A stretch of 64,000 bases of DNA from an uncultured bacterium (GTDB lineage: Bacteria; Muiribacteriota; Ozemobacteria; Ozemobacterales; Ozemobacteraceae): the NCBI GenBank assembly GCA_964389325.1, contig CAYMEN010000003.1, positions 62,502-126,501 of the forward strand, in the 5' to 3' direction. The notes under the pieces were generated by a model. The model was not told the origin of the DNA, did not search any database, and saw only the letters and a program-made list of their open reading frames with translations. Shown piece by piece: positions 23,000 through 33,542 of this stretch (position 1 is its first letter; every line of letters begins with the position of its first letter). Position numbers and translations under genes: made by a program.

Positions 23000-24060
23000 G
23001 CAGGCCCGAGGAGATTCTCGAACTCAACGAGGACGTGTGCCGGCACATGCTCGGTGCCGGCGAGCCGCGCGGCCTCGACCTGCTGCGGGGGCTTCCCGAC
23101 GTGACCGTTCGGGCGCGGGGCAACCTGCTCCTCGTCGGCGGCGATCCGGGCAAGATCCGGCTCGTGAAGCGGTTCATCCACGCCCTCACCAGGCGCATCG
23201 AGACCGAGGGCGGAATGAGTCCCGCCGATATGCGCCGCCTGCTCGGCGAGTGCCAGGCCGAGAACGACGCGAACCACCGCAAGGAGGCGACGCCGGAGTC
23301 GGCGATCCCACCAGTCCCGGCACCGGAGACGGGGGAGGGCGCGGATGCGAAAGCCGGCGCCCGCACCGCAGGGGATTCCTATCCCGAGATCCTCATGACG
23401 CACTCGGGCCGGTCGGTCCGGGCCAAGACGCCGATGCAGCAGGCCTATCTCGACGCGATCCGCTCGCATGAGGTCACGGTCTCGATCGGCCCGGCCGGCA
23501 CCGGCAAGACGTTCCTCGCCTGCGCGATGGCCGTCAAGGCTCTGCGCGAGCGCCAGGTCACGCGGGTGATCCTGTCCCGGCCCACGATCGAAGCCGGCGA
23601 AAAGCTCGGCTACCTCCCGGGCGATCTGATGGAAAAGGTCGATCCGCATTTCCGCCCCCTGTATGATGCGCTCCAGGAGTTTTTGGGCATTTCCAGGTTC
23701 CAGCAGCTGCTCCGGCAGGGCACCATCGAAATCACCCCCCTCGGCTACATGCGCGGAAGGACCTTCAACGAGGCGTTCATCGTTCTCGACGAAGCCCAGA
23801 ACACGACCGACAAGCAGATGCGGATGTTCCTCACCCGGATGGGATACGGCTCGCGGGTCGTCGTGACCGGCGACCGGACGCAGATCGATCTGCCCTCGCC
23901 GAAAGACTCGTCGCTCTTCACGCTTCGCAAAGTCCTCGGAGAGATCGAACGCATGGCGTTCATCGATCTCGGCGAGAAGGACGTGATCCGCCACGAGCTC
24001 GTGCGCCGCATCATCCAGGCGTATGAGCGGTATTACGGCGAGGAAGGAGGGCCGTCGTGA
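22996..24060 (+). CDS. PhoH-like ATPase (PhoH/YbeZ family)
   Basis: Walker A GPAGTGKT, Walker B FIVLDEAQN, conserved PhoH C-terminal motifs; ATGA overlap with rbgA stop. Confidence 0.85.
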   Translation: MSRPEEILELNEDVCRHMLGAGEPRGLDLLRGLPDVTVRARGNLLLVGGDPGKIRLVKRFIHALTRRIETEGGMSPADMRRLLGECQAENDANHRKEATPESAIPPVPAPETGEGADAKAGARTAGDSYPEILMTHSGRSVRAKTPMQQAYLDAIRSHEVTVSIGPAGTGKTFLACAMAVKALRERQVTRVILSRPTIEAGEKLGYLPGDLMEKVDPHFRPLYDALQEFLGISRFQQLLRQGTIEITPLGYMRGRTFNEAFIVLDEAQNTTDKQMRMFLTRMGYGSRVVVTGDRTQIDLPSPKDSSLFTLRKVLGEIERMAFIDLGEKDVIRHELVRRIIQAYERYYGEEGGPS

Positions 24061-26252
24061 GCGAGCGCACCTCCTTCATCCTGACGAACTTCCTGCGATG
24101 GCTGGATCTCCCCGCCAAGCGCCAGCAGCTGTTCATCCGCGAGTTCGCCGTCTTTTTCGCCGCCGTCGTCCTGATCCTGTTCATCGATTTCAACTCGTTC
24201 AGTCCCGAAGTCATCGAGGGGCACGAGGCGCCGAAGACCATCGTCGCGCCGCGCGCCATCAGTTTCGTCGACGAGCGCAAGACCGCCGAGCTCCGCCGCC
24301 TCGAGGAAGAGCGCGTCGAGCCGGTCATCACCCACATCGGCGACGCCGAAGCCGATATGCTGAGCCGCTTCAGCCGGTTCATGGGCAGCCTGGGCCGCTT
24401 CAGCCAGGACTGGCGTGACCGGGAACCATCCGACCTGCGGCAGGATGTCATCGCGAGTTACTTCTCGTCCGACAGGCTTCTCGACGAAGAGGGCCTTCGC
24501 ACGTCGCTCGGGCTTTCATCGGCCGAGGTCGACCGGGTGAACGTGACGGGCCGCCAGATGCTGTTGAACTACAACCAGACGATCATCAGCGCTCGCACCC
24601 TCGACTCGGTTCGCGCCGACGTGAAGAAGAACACCGACACGATGCCGGGCCAGGCAGCGTTCAAGAAGATTCTCACCGACATCGTCCGCAACGCCCTGAT
24701 GGTCAACTCGATCGAAGACGAGAAAGCGACCCGGGCCCGGCGCGAATCCGCGAGCCGTTCGGTGACGCCGGTGAAGCGGAATTTCCAGAAGGGCCAGAAG
24801 ATCGTCGATCGTGGCGTCATCGTCAGCGCCGACGACGTCTACGTGCTCAAGACCCTCGAGAAGCAGCTTCAAAAAAACCGCGCGCTGGCCCTGGTCGGCA
24901 ACTTTCTGCTCGCCGCGCTGCTCACGCTGATTTGCCTCGCACACCTGCGCCTGACCCGCCACCAGATCCTGAAAGAGTCGGAGCTGTTCCGCCTGACGGC
25001 CGGCCTCTGGATCGCCACGCTGTTCCTCGCGAAAATCGTCATCGCCGTTGGCAGCGCCTACGACCAGTGGGAAATCTGCCTCCTGCTCTCCCCGCTTCCC
25101 GCGATCGGCCTGCTGATGGTGCTGCTTCTCGACTTCCAGCTGGCCCTGTTCCATCAGATGCTCCTGGGAATCCTGCTGTTCGTTCTCACCGAGGCCAATG
25201 CCCGGCTCGCGATCGTCAGCCTCCTCGGCGGCAGTCTCGGCACCCGCGTCCTGCACTCGTCGAAGGAGGGCAACCTGCGCGGCATGATCGGCTGGGCCGG
25301 GCTGAAAGCTGGTGTCGCCAACGCCGTCGCCCTTCTGGGCTTGCTGATGCTCGACGGCGAGAGCGTGACGGTCTCGAACCTGCGCAATATCGGCATCATG
25401 GTCTCCTGCGCCTTCGGAAACGGCCTCGTCGCCGGCATCGTCGCGAACGGCGTGCTGCCGTACGTCGAGAGCTTCTTCGCCCTGGCAACCGGCTCGCGGC
25501 TCCTGGAGCTGGCCGACCTGTCCCAGCCGCTGATGAAGCGGCTCGCCGAGGAGGCTCCCGGCACCTACCAGCACAGCATGATGGTTGCCAACCTGTCCGA
25601 GGCGGCGGCGAACGAGATCAACGCCGACGGCCTGCTCGCCAAGATCGGTGCGTATTTCCACGACATCGGAAAGCTGAAGCGGCCGCTGTATTTCGTCGAG
25701 AACCAGACGACGACGAACCAGCACGACCAGCTCACCCCCTACATGTCGAGCCTCATCCTCGTCGGCCACATTCGTGACGGCGCCGATCTGGCGCGGGAAT
25801 ACGCCCTTCCCGAACGGGTCGTGTCGCTGATCGCCCAGCACCATGGCACGACCCTGATCAGCTACTTCTACGAGCAGGCCAAGACCGACACGGAAGGCCA
25901 GGCCGTCAGCGAGGAGCGATTCCGATACCCCGGCCCGAAGCCCCAGACCAAGGAAGCGGCGATCATCATGATGGCCGACGCGGTGGAAGCGGCCTCTCGC
26001 ACCCTGTCCCAGCACACCCACAGCCGCATCGAGGGGCTTGTCAAGAAGATCGTGGAAAACAAGCTCAACGACGAGAACCAGCTCGACGAGAGCGACCTGA
26101 CGCTCAAGGATATCGAGCGGATCGAGCAGACCTTTGTCCGCGTGCTCACTTCCATGTATCATGGAAGAATCGATTACCCCGGCAAGCTGTCGAATCAGCC
26201 GAAGGGAGGCTCCGATGGAAATCCTCATCAGCAACCGGCAAAAGAAGAGTAA
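24057..26252 (+). CDS. 7TM-receptor HD phosphohydrolase (PgpH/YqfF-like, 7TMR-HD family)
   Basis: Large extracytoplasmic N-domain, 7 TM helices, C-terminal HD domain (YFHDIGKLKRPLYFVENQ, HHGTTLISYF); phoH-pgpH-ybeY order as in Firmicutes and Spirochaetes. Confidence 0.75.
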   Translation: MSERTSFILTNFLRWLDLPAKRQQLFIREFAVFFAAVVLILFIDFNSFSPEVIEGHEAPKTIVAPRAISFVDERKTAELRRLEEERVEPVITHIGDAEADMLSRFSRFMGSLGRFSQDWRDREPSDLRQDVIASYFSSDRLLDEEGLRTSLGLSSAEVDRVNVTGRQMLLNYNQTIISARTLDSVRADVKKNTDTMPGQAAFKKILTDIVRNALMVNSIEDEKATRARRESASRSVTPVKRNFQKGQKIVDRGVIVSADDVYVLKTLEKQLQKNRALALVGNFLLAALLTLICLAHLRLTRHQILKESELFRLTAGLWIATLFLAKIVIAVGSAYDQWEICLLLSPLPAIGLLMVLLLDFQLALFHQMLLGILLFVLTEANARLAIVSLLGGSLGTRVLHSSKEGNLRGMIGWAGLKAGVANAVALLGLLMLDGESVTVSNLRNIGIMVSCAFGNGLVAGIVANGVLPYVESFFALATGSRLLELADLSQPLMKRLAEEAPGTYQHSMMVANLSEAAANEINADGLLAKIGAYFHDIGKLKRPLYFVENQTTTNQHDQLTPYMSSLILVGHIRDGADLAREYALPERVVSLIAQHHGTTLISYFYEQAKTDTEGQAVSEERFRYPGPKPQTKEAAIIMMADAVEAASRTLSQHTHSRIEGLVKKIVENKLNDENQLDESDLTLKDIERIEQTFVRVLTSMYHGRIDYPGKLSNQPKGGSDGNPHQQPAKEE

Positions 26253-26814
26253 GTTCAATATTTCCCGCCTTCGAAGTATAGCGGAAGAAATACTTCGCTT
26301 CGAGGATGCGCCCGACACCGTGGAGTTGTCGATCGTCCTGTGTGACGACGATTTCATCCAGAAGCTCAACAACGATTACCTCGGCCATAACCGGCCGACC
26401 GACGTCCTGTCCTTCCCGATCGACGACGACGAGCTGGAAACCGGCGTGCGGGCGATCGGCGACGTCGTCATCAGCGTCGAGACGGCTGCCCGGCAGGCGG
26501 AGAAGCTCGACCATTCGATCGGTCTCGAGGTCGCTTTCCTGCTGATCCACGGCGTCCTGCACCTGCAGGGATACGACCACGACACCCGGGGGGAGCAGCT
26601 CCGAATGCGCGATCGCGAAGCGGCCATCTGCCGGCATCTGTGCGACAGGAAGCTTTTGAAGGGGCTCGAGACGGACGGTCCCGCGACCCTGATTGCGCGG
26701 GTGGACAAAAAGGCGCGGCCTGCCGGCCGGAAGGCCTTGCCGGATACCGGGACAGGGGGGGCGGAAAAGCCGAAGCGGGGTGGGAAAACCGGAGGTCGTC
26801 ATCTCAATGGATGA
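26215..26814 (+). CDS. ybeY: rRNA maturation endoribonuclease YbeY, with K/R/G-rich C-terminal tail
   Basis: HGVLHLQGYDH zinc-binding motif, TDVLSFP motif; GAAGGGAGG RBS; 38-nt overlap with upstream gene. Confidence 0.85.
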   Translation: MEILISNRQKKSKFNISRLRSIAEEILRFEDAPDTVELSIVLCDDDFIQKLNNDYLGHNRPTDVLSFPIDDDELETGVRAIGDVVISVETAARQAEKLDHSIGLEVAFLLIHGVLHLQGYDHDTRGEQLRMRDREAAICRHLCDRKLLKGLETDGPATLIARVDKKARPAGRKALPDTGTGGAEKPKRGGKTGGRHLNG

Positions 26815-26856
26815 CCCCGGGGCCTCTTCCTTCGAGCGAAAGCCTCTGAGCCGTTC

Positions 26857-28212
26857 GTGCGGGGTGGCGGTGCCATGACCGACCCCGTCTACGTTCTCGT
26901 GTTCTGCCTGCTTCTTTGCTGTTCGGCATTCTTCTCCGCGACCGAGACGGCGTTCTTCTCATTGTCGCCTCTCCGTCTGAAGAAGCTCGAAGACGAAGGA
27001 GACACCCAGGCCGGCGAGATTCTGGCCATTCTCGGGGACAAACAGCGCCTTCTCATCACCCTGTTGCTGGGCAATACGTTCGTCAATGTCGCAGCCACCG
27101 CCATGGCCACGGCGTTCCTGGTCGAGGAGCTGCCCAGGCTCGGCTGGCTCGCCGCTTCCCCGCTTGGAGCTTCAACCCATCTTGCCGTGGCCATCGCCGC
27201 CGTCGTCATGGCGGTCCTTCTGCTCGTCTGCGGCGAGATCACCCCGAAAACCATCGCGATCTTCAAGGCCCAGCGGTACGCGCGGATCGCCGTCAAGCCG
27301 TTACGGCTCGTCATGTTTCTCCTGGCACCCTTCTCGACGGCGGTCGATTTCACCCTGGGGAAGCTGGTCCCCTCGTATGCGGACTGGAACCGAAAGCTGG
27401 GCTCCGCCACGTCCCTGGACCAGATCGACAGCTACTTCTCGCTCGGCGAGGAAGTCGGCATCATCGAGCGCGACGAGAAGGAAATGATCAGCTCCGTGTT
27501 CGAGTTCGGCGACACGCTCGTGCGGGAGGTCATGGTGCCGCGGCCCGACATCATGGCGATATCGATCGACACGCCGCTCGAGACACTTCTCAAGTTCCTG
27601 CGGGAGGACGGCCATTCCCGCTTCCCCGTCTACGAGGGCTCCCTGGACAAGGTTGTCGGCGTTCTCTACGTGAAGGACCTCCTGATGCGGTATGAGGAGA
27701 TGCGCGACAATTACGACCTGACGGGGCTTCTCCGTCAGGTCTGTTTCGTTCCCGAGACGAAGAAGCTCGACGACATGCTGCGAGAGTTCCAGAAACGCAA
27801 GTTGCACCTCGCCGTCGTCGTCGATGAGTATGGCGGCGTTTCGGGCCTCGTGACGATCGAGGACCTTCTCGAGGAGATCGTCGGCGAGATCATCGACGAA
27901 TACGACCTGGACGAGCTCCCCCCGATCATCGAAGTCGAGTCCGATGTCTTCAGCGTCGATGCCCGGTACAGCATCGCCGATCTCGAAGCCGAGCTGCGGC
28001 TCAAGCTCGAATACGAGGATTCCGAGACGGTGAGCGGATACGTGCTCGAAAAGCTCGGCCGCATTCCCCGACGGGACGAAAAACTCGACGAGCCCCAGGC
28101 CTGTTTCCAGGTCATCGAGCTCAAGGGAAACCGGATCCTGCGGCTGAAGGTCACCCGAAAGCCGGATCCTGAGCCGGAGCCCGGACAGGGTCCGGACGAC
28201 CTCATCGAATAG
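26857..28212 (+). CDS. CorC/TlyC-family membrane protein (DUF21-CBS pair-CorC_HlyC domains)
   Basis: 4-TM DUF21 N-terminus, tandem CBS domains, C-terminal transporter-associated domain; conserved ybeY-corC linkage. Confidence 0.8.
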   Translation: MRGGGAMTDPVYVLVFCLLLCCSAFFSATETAFFSLSPLRLKKLEDEGDTQAGEILAILGDKQRLLITLLLGNTFVNVAATAMATAFLVEELPRLGWLAASPLGASTHLAVAIAAVVMAVLLLVCGEITPKTIAIFKAQRYARIAVKPLRLVMFLLAPFSTAVDFTLGKLVPSYADWNRKLGSATSLDQIDSYFSLGEEVGIIERDEKEMISSVFEFGDTLVREVMVPRPDIMAISIDTPLETLLKFLREDGHSRFPVYEGSLDKVVGVLYVKDLLMRYEEMRDNYDLTGLLRQVCFVPETKKLDDMLREFQKRKLHLAVVVDEYGGVSGLVTIEDLLEEIVGEIIDEYDLDELPPIIEVESDVFSVDARYSIADLEAELRLKLEYEDSETVSGYVLEKLGRIPRRDEKLDEPQACFQVIELKGNRILRLKVTRKPDPEPEPGQGPDDLIE

Positions 28213-28260
28213 CAGCCGGGGCACCGTCCCGGGCGACGGGAAAAGCGGAGAGACGGAAAC

Positions 28261-28968
28261 ATGACTGGTCACGGCAGGGATCGCTTCAAGGACGGACTGA
28301 AGCTGGTTGCCAACGGGATGAAAACGCTCCACGACATCCTGCGAAGCTATTTTATAACTGGTGTTATATTGGTCGTCCCGGCGTTCGTGACGCTGTTCAT
28401 CATCTACCAGCTGTTTATCTTCGCCGACGGCATCCTGGGAAATGCGGTGAGCGGGGCGATCGGTTTGCGGATTCCCGGCTTCGGTCTCATCGCGACGGCG
28501 CTTCTGTTCGTCGTCGCCGGCAGGATTGCGCAGAACGTTATCGGCCAGCGAATTCTCACCTGGGTCGACCGTTCCCTCGAGTCGCTGCCGGTCGTCCGGT
28601 CGCTGTATGTGGGCGTCAAGCAGGTTTCGGATGTCGTCCTGCAGCAGCACAAGGGCGAGTTCAAGCGTGTCGTGCTCGTCGAATACCCGAAGGAGGACAG
28701 CTGGGTCGTCGCGTTCGTGACGGGAGATTTTCCGTCCGAGATCACCGAGGGATTCGGCCAGCGGAGCATGCTGTGCGTGTTCGTTCCGACGACGCCGAAT
28801 CCGACCTCGGGATTCCTCCTGATCGTCGACCGGACGAAGATCATGGAAATGAACCTCAGCATCGAGGAGGCGATGAAACTCGTCATCTCGGGCGGCCTCG
28901 TGAAACCGACCGCGCAGGAGATCGTCCAGCCGGCGCAAACCGACGAAGAGTTTACGATTCCCCACTGA
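28261..28968 (+). CDS. DUF502-family membrane protein
   Basis: RSYFITGVILVVP...PGFGLI...VRSLYVGVKQVSDVVL...KRVVLVEYPKEDSWVVAFVT matches DUF502 signature blocks. Confidence 0.7.
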   Translation: MTGHGRDRFKDGLKLVANGMKTLHDILRSYFITGVILVVPAFVTLFIIYQLFIFADGILGNAVSGAIGLRIPGFGLIATALLFVVAGRIAQNVIGQRILTWVDRSLESLPVVRSLYVGVKQVSDVVLQQHKGEFKRVVLVEYPKEDSWVVAFVTGDFPSEITEGFGQRSMLCVFVPTTPNPTSGFLLIVDRTKIMEMNLSIEEAMKLVISGGLVKPTAQEIVQPAQTDEEFTIPH

Positions 28969-28972
28969 CGGG

Positions 28973-30907
28973 ATGAAGGAAATAAAACAGATGATATATA
29001 CAAAGAACAGGTCATGGCGGGCCCTGGCGGCGATTCTGCCGGCATTCCTTTGGAACCTGGCGGGAACGCCGGTTTCGGCGCAGGGATTCGACGATATGAA
29101 ACAGTATCTCGAGGTGCGAGACGCGGCCGCGGCCGTGAAGCTCGAACTCGAGCGCGCGGCGTCCGGGGCTTCCGGCTCCGTCCTGCTGGCCAACCCGAAG
29201 GCGGAACAGGAAGTGATGGACATGCTGAACTGGCTCGACGCTCGGGTGAAGGAGTTCGAGGGGCAGCCGGGCCCCCTCTCGATCTATTATAACGACCGGT
29301 TGTCGCGCATCCTGGCCGACTGCCACAAGCTGTATCCGCATTTCATCAAGCGGCGCGCCCTCAACGCGCGTGCGGGCGTCATCCTCATGCCCCTGAACCA
29401 GTCGAAGGAAGGCCTCGTGGTCATGCAGACCCCGGCTCCGGCTCCCAACCCCGCATCGGCGGTTGCCCCGGCCGTGCATGCGTCCTCCGCTCAGCCGGCC
29501 CCGCACGTGGTGGCTGCCGACGGCCGCGACGCCGTGATTTCCGGCCCGGGCAGCCCGAAGACGGCCGTGCTGGACGCTCCTCCGACTCCCGGGGAGATTG
29601 TCGAGCGACGGCGCGCGTTCTTCCACCCGATCGGGGTGCGCACCCTTCTGCCGAAGATGCCGGCCGCGGGAACCGTCGCGCAGCCCGCTTCGCCCGCCAC
29701 GGGTGCCGTGACGGTGTCGGCCGTGCCGGCAAGCGGCGCGGTTGCCGTCACGCCGCCGCCTGCTTCGTTCCCCGTGCTCCCGAGCCCGGTCGCGCAGGCA
29801 CCGGCGGCGTTCACCCCGCTGGAACCCTGGACCGGCGGCCCCGATCCGCAGGTGCGCCAGACGCCCGGCATGCGGCCCCTGGCGATCATGATCGAGAACC
29901 ACAACCAGGCCCGCCCCCAGACCGCGATGCACGAGGCCGAGGTGGTCTACGAGATCCCCGTCGAGGGTGGCATCACCCGGTTCATGGCGCTGTATTACCA
30001 CGTGCCTGACATCGTCGGGCCGGTGCGCAGCTGCCGGGAATACTTCGTGGACCGGGCACTCGAGGTGAACGCCCTGTATGTGCATTGCGGCGGCAGCCCG
30101 AACGGCTACAAATACATCGGCGAGCAGAAGGTGTTCGCGATCGACGAGATCAGCAACGGCACGCCCTTCTTCCGCGACAGCTCCCGCAAAGCCCCGCACA
30201 ACCTCTACACGAAGCCGCAGAAGCTGATCGAGGTGATGAACCAGAAATACCCGATGCAGCTTCCCTACCAGAAACTGCCCCTGCCGTACGGCGAGAACCC
30301 CACGGCCGGCAATATCGCCTGCAACGGTGTTTCGATCCGGTATCACGGGAATTATACTGCATCATATAAATTTAATCCGAGGACCGGCCGGTACGACCGG
30401 TACATGAACGGGGCGCAGCAGGTCGATCGCGTGACCCTCAAACCCGTGTCGCCGGGGACGGTGGTCGTACAGATGGCCAACATGCGCGTCATCGACGACA
30501 AGGGACGGCAGGAGATCAGCTTCATCGGCGAAGGTCGCGGGCTGGTGCTGTACGGCGGAACGGCGCGGCAGATCGTCTGGAAAAAGACCGCGCCGCGCGA
30601 GTTCACGCGCTTTTTCGACGAGACCGGCAAGCCGTTCTTCTTCTCGAACAAGAGCCCCGTCTGGATCCAGGTCGTGTCGCCGATCAACCGGCTCGCGTTC
30701 CATCCGCCGGTTCCCCCGAACGTCATCGCCTTCCTCGGCGTTCAACAGCCTGCAGGAAAGGCTTCCGCCGCGTCCGCGACCAAAGCACCTGCAACGGCGG
30801 CCTCCGCGAATGCTCCGGTGAAAACCCCGCCGGCGGCGCCGTCCGCCCCGGCCTCCGCATCGGCAAGGCTCCCGGTAGCCGTTGCCAGCCCGTCCGGCGC
30901 CCTCTGA
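28973..30907 (+). CDS. secreted DUF3048-domain protein (YerB-like) with long Pro/Ala-rich linker and A/P-rich C-terminal tail
   Basis: Signal peptide; RPLAIMIENHNQARPQ...GGITRFMALY DUF3048 signature. Confidence 0.65.
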   Translation: MKEIKQMIYTKNRSWRALAAILPAFLWNLAGTPVSAQGFDDMKQYLEVRDAAAAVKLELERAASGASGSVLLANPKAEQEVMDMLNWLDARVKEFEGQPGPLSIYYNDRLSRILADCHKLYPHFIKRRALNARAGVILMPLNQSKEGLVVMQTPAPAPNPASAVAPAVHASSAQPAPHVVAADGRDAVISGPGSPKTAVLDAPPTPGEIVERRRAFFHPIGVRTLLPKMPAAGTVAQPASPATGAVTVSAVPASGAVAVTPPPASFPVLPSPVAQAPAAFTPLEPWTGGPDPQVRQTPGMRPLAIMIENHNQARPQTAMHEAEVVYEIPVEGGITRFMALYYHVPDIVGPVRSCREYFVDRALEVNALYVHCGGSPNGYKYIGEQKVFAIDEISNGTPFFRDSSRKAPHNLYTKPQKLIEVMNQKYPMQLPYQKLPLPYGENPTAGNIACNGVSIRYHGNYTASYKFNPRTGRYDRYMNGAQQVDRVTLKPVSPGTVVVQMANMRVIDDKGRQEISFIGEGRGLVLYGGTARQIVWKKTAPREFTRFFDETGKPFFFSNKSPVWIQVVSPINRLAFHPPVPPNVIAFLGVQQPAGKASAASATKAPATAASANAPVKTPPAAPSAPASASARLPVAVASPSGAL

Positions 30908-30925
30908 TTGCCGAAGGAGACGAAC

Positions 30926-31840
30926 ATGAGTGAACGGAAAAAGGAAACGAGATTCGGTGCCATCGGTGTCTTCGGCCGGGCAAACGCCGGCAAGTCGACG
31001 CTGGTGAACGCCCTGGTGGGCGAGAAGGTGTCGATCGTCTCGAAGCGGCCCCAGACCACGCGGCGCAGGATCCTTGGCATCCTCACGGAAGGGGTTTCCC
31101 AGGTTGTCTTCTGCGACACGCCGGGGCTTCATGCGATCAAAAACCGGCTCGATGCCTTCATGGCGCGCGAGATCGAGGCGACCGCCGAGGGGCTCCAGGG
31201 GGCGCTGTATCTGGTCGATCTGACGGACATCAGCCCCGAGGAGGATGCGGCGCATCTGAAAGACCTGCAGGCCTGGCTCGGGAGCGATGTCCCGCTGCAT
31301 CTCGTCCTGACCAAGCTCGACGAGCGGAAGAAAGCCGACCCCGACGGCGTCGCCAAAGAATACGCCGCGCTTGCCCCATTCGCGGGCTCATTCAGCGTCT
31401 CGGCGGAAAAAGGCACCGGCCTCGGCCGTCTGAAAAAAGCCGTGTTCGACATGCTCGTGCCGAGTCCCCACGCCTATGACGGCGAGCTCTTCACCTCCCA
31501 GACCGAGCGGGAGATCGCCGAGGAGACGATCCGAGAGGTCATTCTCGAAAAGTATTATCACGAGGTTCCGCACTCGGTCGCCGTGCTGATCGAGCAGTTC
31601 AAGGAGCGGGAGAACGGCAAGACGTTCATCGAGGCCCACCTCGTCATCGAACGGGAAAGCCATCGCAAGATCCTTCTCGGCCATGAAGGCGAAGGGATCA
31701 AGGCGATCGGCTCGCTCGCCCGTGAACGGTTGAACGGGATTCTCGGGCGTGATATTTATTTACAGCTTTGGATCAAGGTGCGCCCGAACTGGCGCAAGCA
31801 GGATGCCTGGGTCCGGAACCTGGGCTATCGCGATCGGTGA
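30926..31840 (+). CDS. era: GTPase Era
   Basis: G1 GRANAGKST, G3 DTPG, G4 TKLD, C-terminal KH domain; GAAGGAGA RBS (track ORF begins at an upstream TTG at 30908). Confidence 0.9.
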   Translation: MSERKKETRFGAIGVFGRANAGKSTLVNALVGEKVSIVSKRPQTTRRRILGILTEGVSQVVFCDTPGLHAIKNRLDAFMAREIEATAEGLQGALYLVDLTDISPEEDAAHLKDLQAWLGSDVPLHLVLTKLDERKKADPDGVAKEYAALAPFAGSFSVSAEKGTGLGRLKKAVFDMLVPSPHAYDGELFTSQTEREIAEETIREVILEKYYHEVPHSVAVLIEQFKERENGKTFIEAHLVIERESHRKILLGHEGEGIKAIGSLARERLNGILGRDIYLQLWIKVRPNWRKQDAWVRNLGYRDR

Positions 31841-31855
31841 CGGGAAAGGAACGCA

Positions 31856-33539
31856 GATGAACTCGATTCTCATGGTGGTGGTCGCCGTTATCGTTATTCT
31901 GCTGGTCTTTGTCATGTTTTCCCTCGACGACCAGGAAGAGTATACGGTCGACGAGAACCAGGCCCGGCCCGAATCCGAGGGAACCGGCGATCTGAACGCT
32001 GCCGCGGCGGAAGCCGAGCAGTCAGGGACGGCGATGAACGAACCACCGGGCACCTCCCGGGAGGCGGGCTTCGACATCCCCCCACAGGCCGTTTCGGCCG
32101 CCGCACGTCAGCGCCGGCTCAAGGCCGAACAGGCCGGGGACGCGCTTCCCCTGGCGGATATCGAGAGCGTCCAGGTCGGCTCGGAAGAGGACCTGAGATA
32201 CCGCCTGCTCCTCGACGACCAGGTGCCGCCGCCCACCGAGGTCGCGGTCAAGCAGGGCGTGGCGGTCATCGTCCAGATCCGTCTCCCGGAAGAACTCCAG
32301 GCAGACCAGGAGATCTGGGCCCAGACGCTGGCGAGCGTCGAGGCGATCCTGTCTCCCGAGAAGGCGCCGTTCCCCTACAGCGTCTACCTGACCAGCCAGT
32401 TCGACCATCTGTGGCTGTTTGGCATCGACGAGGAACGTGACGACCCGGTGTTCGAAGCGATCGTCTGCGCGTTCGACGCCGTTCGGCGGTTCAAGAAGGC
32501 CCTCGAGTCCCAGCCCGCCCTCCAGACCGCCCGGGCCCGCCTCTCCGTCGGCATTTCCAGCGGCAAAATCGCCCGTATCAAGCGCGGCCCGCTCGGCCCC
32601 GTTTCCCATGCGGGAAAAGCGGTCTACACGGCCGAGGCGCTTTCCGAGGTCGCCGGCGACTTCATGATCTACGTCGACGACGACGTCCACCGCCTCGCCA
32701 TCCCGCTGTTCGACTTCCGCGAATGGAAGCCGATCAAGCTGCGGCCGGCGCTTCCGCCGATCCCGTTCTACGAAGTCATGGGATGGAACAAGAAGGAAGA
32801 GATGTTCGCCTTCGCCTCGCACAAGGAAACCTATGCGCGCCGTGCCGTTGCCGTGGCGTTCCGGTATCTCGAGTTCGACGATATGGGGCCGCTGCTCAAC
32901 CTGATGAACGATGCCGACGAGAAGGTCGTTCTCGAGACCCTCTCGACCCTCGCCGAGATCGGCGACCCCCGCGGCATGGGCATGCTCAAGAAGATCCTTC
33001 CCGAGGCCCGCGACCCGATGGTGCGGAGCGGCATTCTCAAAGCATTCGGCGGGATCGGCAGCTCCGAGGTGATCCCCCTGCTGAAGGCGTCGATGAAGGA
33101 TGCCCACTGGCTGGTGCGCTACCAGGCGGTGCTCTCGATGGCCCGCCTCGGCGGCAACGACGCGCTCAAGCACATCGAGGAGCTGGCGAGTGACGACGAC
33201 GGCGCCGTCCGCGCCGCGGTCCACCTGGTGAAATACCAGGAGACGCAGAACAAGGACGACCTCGAGGCCCTCAATGAGCTGCTGGGAGATCTGTCGGGCC
33301 GGGCGCGCAAGGCCGCCGCCGAAGCCCTGATCAAGATCGGCACGCGCGAAGCCCTCTCGATGGTCGCGAAATCCTTCCATCAGCAGGAACCGGGCCTGTG
33401 CAGGCACATCCTTCGGCTCCTCATGGAATGCCGCTCACAGAGCCTTTACCAGACGTTCCTCACGCTCTTCCAGCACTCGGGCGAGAAACTGCGCCCCGAG
33501 ATCGTCGCGGCCGTGCGTCGCGCGCGGCTCGTGGGCTGA
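31856..33539 (+). CDS. membrane-anchored protein with degenerate class III nucleotidyl cyclase-homology-like domain and C-terminal HEAT (PBS lyase-type) repeats
   Basis: N-terminal TM ILMVVVAVIVILLVFVMF; RLSVGISSGKIARIKRGPLGPVSHAGKAVYTAEALSEVAGDFMIYV resembles cyclase-homology-domain motifs; repeated DPRG/DPMVR...AL..L HEAT units; 4 nt upstream of sigma-54 response regulator. Confidence 0.45.
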
Positions 33540-33542
33540 TCC

